A DNA stretch of 64,000 nucleotides from Hyphochytrium catenoides (taxonomy: Eukaryota; Protista; Hyphochytriomycota), in contig FLMG01002493.1 in the NCBI GenBank assembly GCA_900088475.1, positions 55,065 through 119,064 of the forward strand. Direction: 5' to 3'. Numbering within the stretch: position 1 is the stretch's first letter; each line of letters begins with the position of its first letter. The notes below the pieces were generated by a model. The model was not told where the DNA came from. It saw only the letters and a list, made by a program, of their open reading frames with translations, and ran no database searches. The translations under genes were made by a program, and so were the position numbers. Below are positions 11,248 through 24,413 of this stretch, piece after piece.

Positions 11248-12519
11248 CTACCACTGGGAACCCTCAGTTGGGGCATTCCAGCTGCCTGTGGCTGCGGGGG
11301 CAGCAGCCTCGCCAGTCCAGCCACTCTCAGGAGCTGCTCCCTCCCAGCCTGCCTGTCCAGCAGGAGCTGCAGCGGCAGGAGCCTCATAGATAGGAGCCTC
11401 AGGAACGTACTCAGCCTCAGCACCAGCCTGCTCCCACGCAGAGCGAGCACCAACAGGCTCTTCAAACCCACCAGCCTGCTTAAACGTATTGTTAAATACC
11501 CATCCGTAACCTCAACAAAGTCAACCTGGACTGACCTGGGCCTCTTCAGCCTTCTCAAGCTCTTCAATGTCTCTGTAGAAGAAGAGGTCTACTGGAACAT
11601 CCCAAGGCTGAGATCTAGAGATAGTGCCACGAAGGCGAAGTACCTCTCTGGCAAGAAGCCAGTAAAGGAGACCAATGGAGAGCTTTCCCTTGTTGTTTGC
11701 AGGAATAGCGCAGTCAACGTACTACGGACGAGAAGGGGGAGTGACTTTAGCGATAGGAAAGCCTTTTCGAACATTTCTGTGTCGCACCTGAAGGGGAGAA
11801 TCAGAATCGCAGAAAGCAATAACAGGCACGTTGACGTATGCAGCCTCCCGAACAGGCTGTGCATCCGTGCGTGGGTCCGTAACAATCAGAAGACGTGGCT
11901 CCTTGAACTGCTTGGTGATCTGGTTGGTGAAGGTACCAGGTGTGAAACGGCCAGCGATAGCCTGTGCTCCAGTGTACTGGGCAAACTTGAGAACAGCCCT
12001 CTGGCCATAAGGACGAGCGCTGATAGCAATGACATCATCAGGTTGCTCAATAGCAACGATGATGCGGGCAGCAAGCATGAGCTTGTCCCAGGTCTTGCCA
12101 ATGTTGATGATGTGAACACCTGCAGCTCACGGAGATCAGCTATCCCACCTATAGCTCATGCGAAACTGTCCTTATGGTGTCTTACCGTCATTACGTCTCC
12201 TCCAGACGTAATCTGCCATCATGGCATCGGCGTTCTTGGTACCGATGTGGACCTGAGCGGCCAGCATCTTCTGAATATCCTCATCCCTAAAAATAAAAGT
12301 ATCATCAGCGCAACTCCTCCTCCTCAATGACCGGCCGGTTTCAGCTCTCACACCAATTTCGACTTCACAAACTGCTATCTGACATTGGCCATTCTGCCAA
12401 CGCGAGCAATCCTGCTTCTCTGGCGACCGGACTTTCGGCCGCACACCGCAGAATACCTCCTATGACCTACTTCATCCCCATCAGACTCAGCAAGGTACTT
12501 ACTTCGTGCTGTGCGCCAT
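11248..12519 (-). CDS. RPSA: 40S ribosomal protein SA (uS2)
   Basis: MAHSTK|[18 protein letters not shown]...[13 protein letters not shown]...[13 protein letters not shown]...IPANNKG...VDLFFYRD, then an acidic Trp-repeat tail; stop TAG at 11248-11250. Confidence 0.98.
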
Positions 12520-12911
12520 GGTTCCTGGAAATCCGTGGTTAGCTGCGGTGTAGCCTGTTCCCGAATGCCTGGGTTTCACGCTCCAGCTTCATTAACCAGA
12601 TCGGCAGGCAATTTCTCGGTCGCCACTCAATCTTGCCTTTCCGTCGATAGCCTTGCCGCAACTTGGCGGCAGTCCGTCATATTACTACGGCGCCAAGACA
12701 TTGGTAATCCTCACTGTATCGGAACTACTACTGCGTTTGGGCTGCCGCTGTCCACCACCACATGGGTTCCCAGCCATTCAACCATAAAACCCCTCTACTT
12801 TACGAGCGAAATCTGAGCTAGAAAACTAGAGGGCTTTTAAGCGCAACAAGGATGAAAGCAGTAATCCATTCTTATGGGTAGTCAGTTACTGAGATAAGGG
12901 CAATCGCTGAT

Positions 12912-15080
12912 TTAGTTTTTCGCTGTTGACCAGATTGTGATGGCAGTGGAGAAGAGCCCCAAGAGACATGCAGAGACCAGCAGCAGCGTGTGAGGCAACA
13001 TAGCAAGAGAACACACAGGCTTCCGCTCCAGCTTGAGCATGTATGCCGCCGGCACAGCAAAGCACACTAAGGAAGTACATATATAGAGAACGTTAGTACT
13101 AAGTCAGATGCCATGGAAGGAGGGAGCTTCTCCTTAAGGGCAAGCGTCTTACCGATAGCCGAACAAGTGCCGCCGATCATCCCAAAGACTACGTTAATGG
13201 ATGGGCAGAATATGGCTACGGCTAGCGCGCTTAGAACGAGACTCACTGAAAGTAAGACATGGCGAAGGGTTGACTCCGGCCAGCTAGACAGAAAGTTAGG
13301 GTCTTCAATGGTGAAACCAAGTGCAATAATAGGGCAGCACGTACTTTGAAAAACACATGACCTCAATGGTGAACCTGCAAGGGAAGATGTTCAGTGGAAA
13401 CGCTACGGCGACGGTGAAGGTGATTGCCGCTCTGCAGAATGCAATCAGGATATCCTTTCTGCTAAAGCTAAGGAGAATATTGCCTTTTGCCTCTGCCGAA
13501 GTGAGAGAATTTCCGAAAGCCAGGTAGCCGCATAGTCCGATAGCGAAGTAGACAATAAAAGAAATCGCGGTTGCCCTATCTACCACCTATTAAGTGGTGT
13601 TAGCGTACAGGTAGAAGCGCGATGGTCATGGCATCGATTACCTTGTTCATTCGGCGGACATTTGGACGTTGTAGCTCGGTGTAGATGGAAAATACGTTGA
13701 CCTGAGGTAGTAAAAAATGATAACAGTGAATTGTTAAAAGCTATGGAGAATGCAAACAACAGAGGTGGTACGTGGCTTTCGCACCTGGCAGGTGAAGGCA
13801 AACATAACTATAGGCACCCCAAGGATACATTCGACACCTTTTTCCACGTTGAAACCCCACTCCACAGTAGGATGCACCCCAGAGTGTTGCACAATAGATA
13901 TCGATCGTGCGGAGACCGAGATAACCATAAAGATGATGGAAAGGACACCTGAAACTCCCGTTTAGTTCACTTCAAGTGCAAGCGTAATAAAACAATCGCC
14001 TTTCTATACCTAGAGTGCTTGAGGTCTGCAGACTCGATATATCCCTAAGGAGAGATAATGGCATCATAATGACGAAACAAAACCCAGACATCAAAAGCCA
14101 GCGTTCGCTGAGGATGGACTTCTCCCCAAAGAGCTCCGCCCCAAGAGGAGTGATGATGTCACCCAAAGTCACCTAAGGACTTCATTAGTAGGGCCTCTAA
14201 CCTCTTCACATGGTCGCCAAACTTACCAGATAGGCAACAGCAATACTAAAACAGAACACAAGGATGTTGACTGCAATGAAAATTGTGCCTGCCTTCCCGA
14301 AGCAGTATAGTGCTAGATCTTCATAAGACTTCAACCTAAAATGGAACTCAGTATATATGGCCCTGCTATCCAGGGGGTCACACAAAAAGTACCCGGTCTT
14401 CTCTCCCGCGTGTATAAGTAGTCGGATGGTATAGACTGTCAATAACGATGCAATCACCAGCTGAGCAATAGCAAAGGTCACTCCTGAGACGGCAAACGCG
14501 TAAGGCAAAGAAAGCGCCCCTACATTTATAAGGATAGTCAGGCGTGATGTGACCTAAAGGGGGCCATGAATGCACCATAATATCACCCACCTGCTCCCAG
14601 AGTCGCCCCTGCGAGGTTGAAGACGGAGCCTCGAATAGACCCTGGCGAAGGAATCCATGATTTCTCTTGTTCGGTCTAAGTGGCTAAGAAGGTAAGTTGA
14701 CTTGTACAGCATTGGTGCACATCTGGAAATCGTACGGTTTGATTTGCTACACTCCTCCTCTTTAGGAGGGTCCCAGGGCTTGACGTGAGTAGAGACCTTT
14801 GATTCTCGTCTTCCTATCAAGCGTATAGAAAATCTTAGGTGTGTAGAAAGGCGTAAGTTTGACATGGACAAACCTCAAATAGTAGGGGCTTATATCCCAG
14901 CCGGGACATTAAAATGTCTCTGGTACTCAAGCTCTCGCGATGTAGCACTGGTGCGTCATACTAGGTCGCTAATGGGTCAGACGAGGCTTAATGTGCGATG
15001 TATAGGAAGCTTACCCGGGGAGCGGTTTGGGCCCCATCTGATCCCGTCCGAAGCAGTGGCTGCCTCTGACTCTGATCCAT
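12912..15080 (-). CDS. Amino acid transporter, AAAP/SLC38 (Aa_trans) family
   Basis: GSIRGSVFNLAGATLGAGALSLPYAF, SYEDLA, PLSLLRDISSL, FAFTCQ, GYLAFG, FPLNIFPCR and multiple TM segments over many exons. Start MDQSQRQPLL at 15080 inferred. Confidence 0.9.
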
Positions 15081-16224
15081 TATAACCAGGCCTTAACCCT
15101 TCAACTAGGGTAGAGGCTGAAGCGTGACGTGAGTAGAGAGTCAATCAAAGGTCCTCGCGACTTTTCTCCACTACTGAATTGCGCAGTCCACAATAGGTTG
15201 TTGTCCACCCCTCGCTGCTTTTATAACCACGTTCCGATCTCTTCATTCAAAGCACATACGACGGCCCTTCTGAAGGCTGTTGATGAGAGAAAGGTGATGG
15301 CAGATAAGTATCTAAAAGAAGGCAACCTCTACTGCCCTGCGGATGAGAGCAGACGAAGAAAATAGCGTTTCTCTGCTGGTGCAGCTGTCGGGGCCGATCC
15401 TTCAACCTTCAACTACCTTGTACACCTTTTGATACCCTTTTGACACCAAGAATTGCTGTTGTCGTTGTTTCCGTAGTTCGTTTCCAATGTTTGCTGTAAC
15501 CTTGTTTTGAGGTATTGTTAAACCCCCTTTGGTCAAGTGTAGAAGCTGAACAGGGTTTGTGCTTATCTGTGTTGATGGAGCACCTTCTACAAAACCATCT
15601 TTGTTGTCTAACAGGAAAAACAGTGATTGGGACTTCGTTGGATACAGACTCAGAGGGGAACTACAGTGTACGGCGTACAGCAACCCAAAAAAATGTGTAG
15701 TCCTTGACCGTCGTTGAAGGGACATGGGACAGTGGAGTAATGAGACAGAGAACGAGACAGAGAAGGGAGACACACAATCATAATCACCACATTATATAGT
15801 AATCATGCAAGACAGAGGCACTCCTAGACAGCTATAGAAAGGCAAAAGAAGGGTTCCATGTTCAAGTCCGAGACACAGCATGAAAAGGGAAGGGAGGATG
15901 AGCGAGGATCCTCTCACTAGAAGAAAACGAAGAACGGTTCCGCTGTGCTTCACTTGAGGCGGCTTGCGGCGTGAAGAGAGGCGATGAGAGAGGCAATGGA
16001 GCTTCGGCTTGGTTATGCTCGCGTACTGTTCAGCCTTCCTCAGCGTCCACAACTGTCTAGCGGTCTGACTGGCGCCGGACAACGGATGCCACTATAAAAA
16101 AAGAATGGACACATATGACTGTGATACGAGATATCAACATTTCACCTGCCAGGGATTAACTTAGGCCCAGAGGAGCAGTTGGATTGTGATTCGAAGCGCG
16201 GAGAGAGAGCAAGGGGAAGGAAGG

Positions 16225-19200
16225 ATGCCTAGCTTCATCAGTGAAGGGCAGTCTGACATTAGCGTCGGTGACGCTTCACCAAAGAGCGCGAGGCACAGGA
16301 GTACGAACCTACAAATGTGACTTCGTCCCAAACATGTTTGTACTAAGGTCTATCACTTGTTCCTCGTCCATGGCACGTATATCCGCCTGCACTATATCCA
16401 CTTCCTAGCCGAGGCCGACTCAAGACTCCAGAGACTGTCGAGCAATGGGGGCAAGCAGCGGATACTGCTTGTTAACAATGTTCTTCCTGTTAAACTAAGC
16501 AAGGTCAGACTTCATCGTTTAAAATATCCCGATATAGTAAGTTACAAAGTGCTCCTCTTACTGCCATTGAATAGGATGAATCAGGGCAATGGAAGGCAGA
16601 ATGGAATAGACGCAAGCTCCGGACAGATGTGTTTGGGACCGTGTTACCTAACATTGCGCTGAGCGATACGCACTATGACGTCCTTCACATCGGCTGTCCA
16701 GAGATTTATGTGAGTTTCATACGCGGGGCTAGTGATAGAGGCTCTTTCTGGGTTAAGACTTCTTGTTTCTTCTCAGATTGCGCCGGAGGATATGGAGAAG
16801 GTTGAGAAGGCGATGCAGAAGATTAACTGCAACCCCGTCTTTCTGGATGCAGAAATGGCTCACCTGCACTTCCAGGTACGTTCCTGCTATTGCTAAGTCC
16901 TAAGTTATTCTAAAATGAAGGAGCGCCAGGAATTTCAGAGAGTCTACTCCTCACGGGCTCACGCTTACTTATGCCGGTTAGGGCTATTGCAAGGGCACTT
17001 TATGGCCGATCTTCCATAATGTGGTGGATGTATATAACAATACCAGCCTGCAGATAGATAATGGAGGCATCCCAAAGCAGGGCATCAAGTCACAGGGATT
17101 TGGCATGTGGGCAGGCCCCAAGTCGTGGAGTCCCTCCTCTCAGGACCAGTGTTGGCCTGCTTATTGTAATGTAAATAGGTAGGAAGAGCAGTATGGTGGT
17201 ATGATGGGAATAGAACCCTCCAACTCAAGATTGGGTTGTCGAAGGAGTAAGCCCATAGCTGGTTACGTACGCTGACGGCGCAGGCATACGAAAATTATAT
17301 CCTGATAAGGGGAAGCAAAGGTTTGACTAGCAACAAAGGACGCGAGGCGAAGGGCATGAAGTGATAATTTGCCATCATTGGACACTTCCGCCTAGAGCAA
17401 GCACCATGTTAACTGTATCCTGCCTCTTAGAATCTTCTCACGTGTGGTAGTTGAGTGCTACAACCCAGGGGACATAATCTGGATCCACGATTATCACCTG
17501 CTGATGCTTCCCTCCTACCTTTTGAGGAAGCTGCCACAGGCCATCGTAGGACTGTTCCTCCATGTTCCATTCCCTTCTTCAGAGATATTCAGAAATATAT
17601 CGAATAGGTACGTCAAGTACATTAAGATTTAGTGCCTAAGAGGATTGAGCCTTTTTGGCAAGGTTTGGGTGTGAGCTAAGTGCTTCACGACCTGTAGTTG
17701 CAATGTGGGAGGCGAGGAATAGGAGCTTAACGCATGCCCTTGTTTTCCTCCCCTACCTTTATCGGGTGGACACCTCCGCTAGAGAGGATATCTTACGCGG
17801 AATGCTGAATGCCAATCACATTGGATTCCATCTTTTTGAGTACGCCCGGCATTTTCTTACCGCCTGCAAGCGCCTGCTTGGGACTACCTACTCCATCCGA
17901 CAAGGTGGCTACATAGAGATTGATTACAATGGGAGGCATGTCATGATGAGCTGCAGTCACATGGGGATTGATCCTCTTTACGTCACAAAGTAAGTTCCTT
18001 GGACTTTAACAACCACGGCATGCGCTAATAGTGAGCCCTCTTTTCACTTTCTGGTGTCTTCCGTCCTGTCTCCCCCTCTTTGCTCCCTTTCTTCTCTCCA
18101 TCATAACGACAGGCTGCTAAACACGCCTCAAGTAGATGCAGAGGCGACGGCGTTAAGGGAAAAGTACGCCTAGTGCAAACAGCCCAATATTTTGCTCACA
18201 AGGCCTTAAGATACAATCGCTTGCATGCTTAGATTCTCGAAATATAAAATTATAACTGCTATCGACATGGTGGAAAGGCTGAAGGGGCTGCATCTAAAGC
18301 TCTTAGGCTTCGACCGGTATAAGTGCCTTGCCAATCTTTGGATCCATAAACTAATCCTTGACACACTTCTTCTTTCCCTCAGGTTCCTAAGCGCCCACCC
18401 CCACTATGCTGACACAGTGAAACTGATTCAAATCGGTACTGTGCCCGACTCACGACCAGATGACTATGCCCATACAAAAGCGGAAGTGGTCCGGCTAGTT
18501 AACGTAGGGTGGCGTTTCTTTGCTCTCCACCTTTTGGGGTCTCCCTCCTTTGGTTCTAAACGCTAACGGATATGAATCAGGAAATCAACAACCGCTGGGG
18601 AAAGGCCGACAACCCTGTTGTGATCTTTGAAGAAACCTATGAGGCCGATAGCTTTGACCGCAGACTTGGCGTACTAAGAGTGGCAGATGTGCTACTTTCG
18701 ACGTGCGTGAGAGAGGGCTTCTCCCTGTTGCCATTTATCTTCACGATGGCCAAGCAACTGGAAGGTAGTCCAGGCGTTTCAGTGCTAAGTGAGTTCAGCT
18801 CAAGTAGTAGAGTGCTCAACGGAGCGCTGACGGTGAACCCATGGAATATAGACGGACTGGCTGATACCATTGCTAGGGTAAGCTGGGCACAGCCCATTCC
18901 CATTGTGATCGGTCCCAACATTCAGCAACTTTCAACTGCAGGCGGTTGGCAGTACTATGGAAGAAAGGCAGGCTAGAGCGGAAAGAGACATGGACTACAT
19001 CAAGAGCAAGACAACAGGCGGATGGGCACAGCGGATATTGAAAGACATCGTCCTGGTAAGAAGTCAAAAGAGACATAAAGATAGTAAATACCAGACCTCT
19101 CCTATGAGATGTCAGTGGATAAGCATGCGAGAAGTATGAATGCAACAGAGACTCATCGGCGTTAGAGGGTGGTCGAGGTGATTGACAGCGCACGAGGTGG

Positions 19201-21410
19201 AGTGAATGAGGGAAATTCACGCTAGCCACCCGTGTCGAGAAGTTTGAGTTCTGACCGAGGACCTTATCAGGCACATAGCCATGATGCAGACTCTATCCAA
19301 ATGGGGCTTGGATGGGGATTCTCTCTCCGAATGGTGCAGCTGCGAGGGGACTTTAAACCCATCAAGGATGAGGAGGTCGTTCCTGCTTATAGAAAGTCCA
19401 GTCGACGGCTACTCCTCTTTGACTATGGCGGTACATTGGTACCCACGGTGGAGGTTGAGGACTTCAAGCTCCGCTCACTAAGGTGAAAACAGACAGAGAG
19501 TCCTATTTCCAGTGACCGAGTTCCTCTTATGCCTGTACCTGTCTCTCTAGATCGATCATAAGAAACTTAGATGGCAAGGCGAGGACCCCTCTGCAGCCTG
19601 ATGTCCGCCGGTAAGACTGCGCATCCCTCCGCTGTACACAGACTCACTCCGTATTGCGTGATCCTCAATTATTAATTGCTTTTCACTTCTACCTGAGAAG
19701 NNNNNNNNNNNNNNNNNNNNNNNNNNNNNNNNNNNNNNNNNNNNNNNNNNNGACCCTAGGAATATCGTCGTCATCCTCAGCAATGCGAGCCGGTAAGACG
19801 ATGCATTGCCCGCCTTCCCACGGCAGTGCAAAATATCAACTCTAAAGGGAGGACACTCTAGGTCTCTCCTTGAGCAGGAGTTTGGCTCAATCCCCCGCTT
19901 AGGAATAGTTGCAGATAATGGATACTTTTATCGTCCTGGGTCTGGGAACCCTAAATGGATGGTAAGACAGTCGCATACATAGTTCTTTGTATTCTACTCC
20001 CTGTCATCCTCGATATGACATGAACGAATGTGAAACGACTACGGCACTAACTCCTGCACGTCGCAGTGCCTAGTAAAAAGCGAGGGTAACGACAACTCCT
20101 GGCAAGATTTGGTAGAGAGTATCCTTGAGACATACAAGGAGCGGACAAACGGCGCCTACGTGTTGCGAACAGAGTCGTGTGTAGTCTATGACTTTAACGG
20201 CTCTGACCCAGAGTTTGGCAATCTTCAGGTTGGAAGATAAGACCTACTCTAGTTAGATCATTTCTCTAGCCCTAGCCTCTAACTTGACTTTGGTCTATAA
20301 CAGGCTAAAGAGCTTACGATACACCTGGAAAGCGTTCTGCAGGTATAGATGCCAAGATCAGTCATCGTAGCAACCGTCAGATTCTAACGTCTTTATGACT
20401 TGCTTATTCCAACTTGTTAGAACTACCATGTTGAGGTGACTTCTGGGAAAGGCTTTGTTCAAGTCCAACCGAAAGGAGTTAGCAAGGTAGCTATTCATTT
20501 CTGGCGATTAGCTTTTAGGCGGTCATCAATATCTCAGTGCAACACACAGGGTGCTGCGGTACTTGCAGTTCTTGCCCAGTACAAAGCTACTGCGGCTCAT
20601 CCTGACTTCATTCTCTGTGTGGGTGATGATGTCTCTGATGAGCCAGCGTTTGAAGGTTAGTTCAGACGAATACTATCGCCTAACTTCATGATGTGTTCTG
20701 AACACCTGGTGTTGCAGTGATTAACTCTTATCAGCGCGAGAACCCCAGTGTACAAGCTTTCACTTGCACAATAGGTCAAAAGCCTTCGGTAGCTCAAAGC
20801 TATCTGGTATAGTAATGCTTACTTACCTGTGGCAGACCTTCCGCTGATGAGGTTCGTAATTCTGCTTAGGCGACAATAGAGGATCTCCACAACTTGCTTG
20901 GTTCACTAAAGATGACGACAGTCCGGGTACGTGAAGGCCGTATAACGAATTGTTAGGCCATTGCGCTCATATAAGTTTGTGATCCGCCTCACAGAGCGTG
21001 CGACAACTTAATCATGACGAATTTCAGATCTCTCAGAGCGAGAGAGACCATACTTTATCCAATGAGGTCATTCCAACCGGTGTCATTGTTCAAGGTAGGC
21101 AACCCAGGGTGAGTTCCCGCATATTTTGAGCCCTAACATCATCGTGCCTCGCCTCTTGTTGACAACGGTTGTAGCCTCGTCGAGCGATGCTGAGTCACTT
21201 CGTCGAAGCTTTGGGTCCGCTACGAACATGATCAGCACAACCTTTGCAACTGTTAAGCAAGGCGAGGAAAGCGCTCCAGCAACCACATTAGCCGCTCCTA
21301 CGTGGTACACCCGAGTGCCTAATTTGCTATTTGCTTCCTTCATTGCCCTCGGCTTAGCTCGTCTGACCGTGGGCTCAATAACAAGCAGGAAGATCAAGTA
21401 TCCGCCCTAA
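16225..21410 (+). CDS. TPS: Trehalose-6-phosphate synthase/phosphatase fusion (GT20 + HAD), class-II-like with degenerate catalytic motifs
   Basis: GYCKGTLWPIFH, IWIHDYHLLMLP, FLHVPFPSSEIFR, IGFHLFEYARHF, VNPWN, LLLFDYGGTL and CVGDDVSDEPAF across many exons; spans an N gap. 3' exon assignment less certain. Confidence 0.92.
19701..19751. other. Assembly gap (51 N) inside TPS
   Basis: Run of N. Confidence 1.
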
Positions 21411-22178
21411 GCCCTCGGGCAGCCGACATATCCTCCTCTCCCTGACCCCCGGTCTAGCTGTCCCATTGCTCTGTTCTACGTCCGCCAGGTCATTGGTCGG
21501 TCGAAATGTGCGTGTTCTACCGTTTTGTTTGTCTAAGCTATATCATCTGTCAAAAAATCAAAAAATTGATGATCATGGGTGTAGTAATAGTTCTCAACCT
21601 TAACCTGTCTATAGCTAGGAAGCATAGCCGTAGTAAGAAGATCAAATCCGTCCGTTATATAACCAAATGACATCACTATCGTACTACTACGGCCTTAATA
21701 CCTGTCAGTGGCCTCCACCAGAGGGTCAAGCTAGTCTTACTACTGCCGCCATCAGAAAGGTTATGTCGCTTCACGCGCACCCATCGCTTCAGATGTGAAC
21801 CGAGGCGCCAGAGTCTGCCTCCACCTGCTGTTTGACGCGGACTTAGTGCTAGCGCCATGTGGAAGCGGAACTACGCCGCTGCCCTCCCATGCTCCTCGCG
21901 TCGGTTGGAGCTAGGGGCTCCATTCCTTAATGCCGCGCTTGAACGTATTTGGGCAAGTAGGGTCACGAGGTCCGTTGCAGACCTCAGGGGAAAAGCTGGA
22001 GTCTATCCACACTCAACTAGAGGCTTGAGCCGTGAAAACTGAAGCTTTCTGAGTGAGGTCCTACTTTCCCCATCTACTATTTGCAGTTATCGCCTCCCTA
22101 ATGCCCCTGCAAAGGACGTAGTGGCTGGGCACTTAGCCAGTTCGCATTGGGAACATTGGTGATCAAGCCCTTGACACA

Positions 22179-24413
22179 ATGGTGCAAATGCTCAGACCTC
22201 TTACGGCTGAAAAGCTTCATTCTTTATGGCTCCTGTTCATTGTCGGGATGTTTCTGGCAACAGCAACTGCCAAGCCAAATATTCGATCATTGTCTGAAAG
22301 TGGCCACTCGCACAGTGAGAGTCACAAGTGTATACATGACCAAATAGAGCATCGGACGGTCAAGACCCATCTTGACTACGGAGACCATCCCTACATGTCT
22401 TCGAACCCTAATCGCCGTCTAGCGGAAGCTAACGTGGCTCCGGTACGAATAACTCCGTACTTCATCGTAGATGATGAGACAAGCCATACAACTATAGCAC
22501 CAGACTATCTAGCCTACCTTCGGTTCACCATCCTCCCGGAAGCCATCAGGAAATGGCAATCAGCCTTAGCGGTCGTGCCAGTACAAGGTAATCTAACCAT
22601 AGAGCGCGAATGTAACAGCTACCATCCCAACATGGTCTGCAAACAAGTAGCAGAGCCCCAATTGTGCAGTGAAGTGGAGATTCCGTCACATTTTTTTAGA
22701 GAGACAACGGTGTGCCCTGAGGACTGTTTGGGCGAGAAGTGTGTAGCCTCAAAGTGCACTAGTATACCAGGAGGACCTGGAGTCTCCGAGTCTGACTACG
22801 TCGTAATTGTCACGGTAAAGTCGACTCCGGCCTGTGACGGCTCTACATTGGCCTATGCCTCGTCTTGTCGATCAGATCAGTGGGATCGGCCTTTCTTTGG
22901 AATGATCAACTTCTGTGCCGATAGAGTGGAGTCCTTAGTGAACCTGGGACAGTACGACGTTAAGGCAGATGTCGCGGTGGCATTCCATGAGCTAGGACAT
23001 GCTCTGGGTTTCAGCGCGTCTCACTTTGCGTTTATGAGGAACCGAGATGGATCTCCTCGCACTCCTAGAGATAGCAATGGCTTTCCAATAGCCCAAGCCA
23101 AGTATACTTGTGCCAATGGAGTGACCATCAACAATATGATGGCGCCAGATTCCAGCACTGTTAAGAACATTGAGCAGAACGGCCACCAAGTGGCAGTACT
23201 GACCACGCCGACGGTTGTCTTTGCTGCCAAACAGCATTTTGGATGCGACAGCTTACAGGGTGTAAACCTTGAAGATCAGGATATTGGTTGCTTTGGCAGC
23301 CATTGGGAGGAAAGAATCTTGGAGACAGAAGTTCTCTCCCCCATGGCAAGCCACAACGAGGTTTTGTCAGTTCTAACCCTTGCCTTCTTCCAGGATACGG
23401 GTTGGTACCATGTAGACTTTCGTGCAGCTGACACTCTCTTCTGGGGAAAGAAAGCCGGGTGCGACTTCATCAACAAGAAATGCCTTTCTGGATCTCCCAC
23501 CTACCCTACGCCCCTCGATAGCCGTCATTTTTGCTCTAAGAGCCTCAATGGCAACATGGGGTCATCAAGCAGCAAAGGTTGCACGGTGGACTTCACCTCG
23601 AAGGCTTTGTGCTCTATCATAGACTACCAGGAGGAAGCACTAAACGTCCGTATACCGCCATACATGCAGTACTTTGGCGATAGGCTTATCGGCTCTCCAA
23701 GATACTTTGCCGACTTCTGCCCAACCTACGAGGGCAGTTCACTTTTGGATTGCCGCTTCGAGGTCAATGCCGCCTCAAACACGCAAGGAGAGTCCTACTG
23801 TCCCTCATGTCGCTGTCTTAAAACTTCTCTGTCTACCGGTCCTACGGCGACTCCCCCTTCGGTAGGATGCTACCGGACAGAATGTGATAATGGTCTGGAG
23901 TCGTACAAGGTTGGTGTCACTCTCTCCACTGGACAGAGATGGAATGGGACCTGCACCAAAGATCTGCAGTTGCAAGTGCCAGGTCTGAGTGGCAAATTAG
24001 ATTGTGCGGATCCAGCACTCATCTGCCAGGGTCGAACATGCCCGAACGACTGCTCGGGTCGAGGACGTTGTATGGATGGAGCATGTACCTGTGACGTAGG
24101 CTTCGAAGGGGTAGACTGTAGCACGCCAATATGTCCTGCAGGTTGCTCTGATAGGGGGACTTGCGATGTAACCAGCCGCACGTGCTCATGTTATCCTTGC
24201 TGGTCCGGTGATGACTGTAGCAGGCGAACAACATCTTGTCCTATAATCACAGTAGCTAGTGGCATGAACAGCGTTGCAGGATCAGTGGTCAAGCTGCCTA
24301 CCGTTGGCCCAAACTCTCCGCAGGCGTCAGGCACAGCGGCAACAACCTCCCTAGTCTGTGCTAGCGTCTCCCTTCTAACAACTCTACTCCTTGGGCTTCT
24401 CCATTGGCGGTAA
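22179..24413 (+). CDS. Leishmanolysin/GP63-like zinc metalloprotease (peptidase M8) with EGF-like repeats and probable GPI signal; intronless
   Basis: Signal peptide, HKCIHD pro-region, HELGHALGF zinc motif, GSHWEER, DTGWY, WGKKAGCDF, two EGF repeats (CPNDCSGRGRC) and a hydrophobic C-terminus. Confidence 0.96.
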   Translation: MVQMLRPLTAEKLHSLWLLFIVGMFLATATAKPNIRSLSESGHSHSESHKCIHDQIEHRTVKTHLDYGDHPYMSSNPNRRLAEANVAPVRITPYFIVDDETSHTTIAPDYLAYLRFTILPEAIRKWQSALAVVPVQGNLTIERECNSYHPNMVCKQVAEPQLCSEVEIPSHFFRETTVCPEDCLGEKCVASKCTSIPGGPGVSESDYVVIVTVKSTPACDGSTLAYASSCRSDQWDRPFFGMINFCADRVESLVNLGQYDVKADVAVAFHELGHALGFSASHFAFMRNRDGSPRTPRDSNGFPIAQAKYTCANGVTINNMMAPDSSTVKNIEQNGHQVAVLTTPTVVFAAKQHFGCDSLQGVNLEDQDIGCFGSHWEERILETEVLSPMASHNEVLSVLTLAFFQDTGWYHVDFRAADTLFWGKKAGCDFINKKCLSGSPTYPTPLDSRHFCSKSLNGNMGSSSSKGCTVDFTSKALCSIIDYQEEALNVRIPPYMQYFGDRLIGSPRYFADFCPTYEGSSLLDCRFEVNAASNTQGESYCPSCRCLKTSLSTGPTATPPSVGCYRTECDNGLESYKVGVTLSTGQRWNGTCTKDLQLQVPGLSGKLDCADPALICQGRTCPNDCSGRGRCMDGACTCDVGFEGVDCSTPICPAGCSDRGTCDVTSRTCSCYPCWSGDDCSRRTTSCPIITVASGMNSVAGSVVKLPTVGPNSPQASGTAATTSLVCASVSLLTTLLLGLLHWR

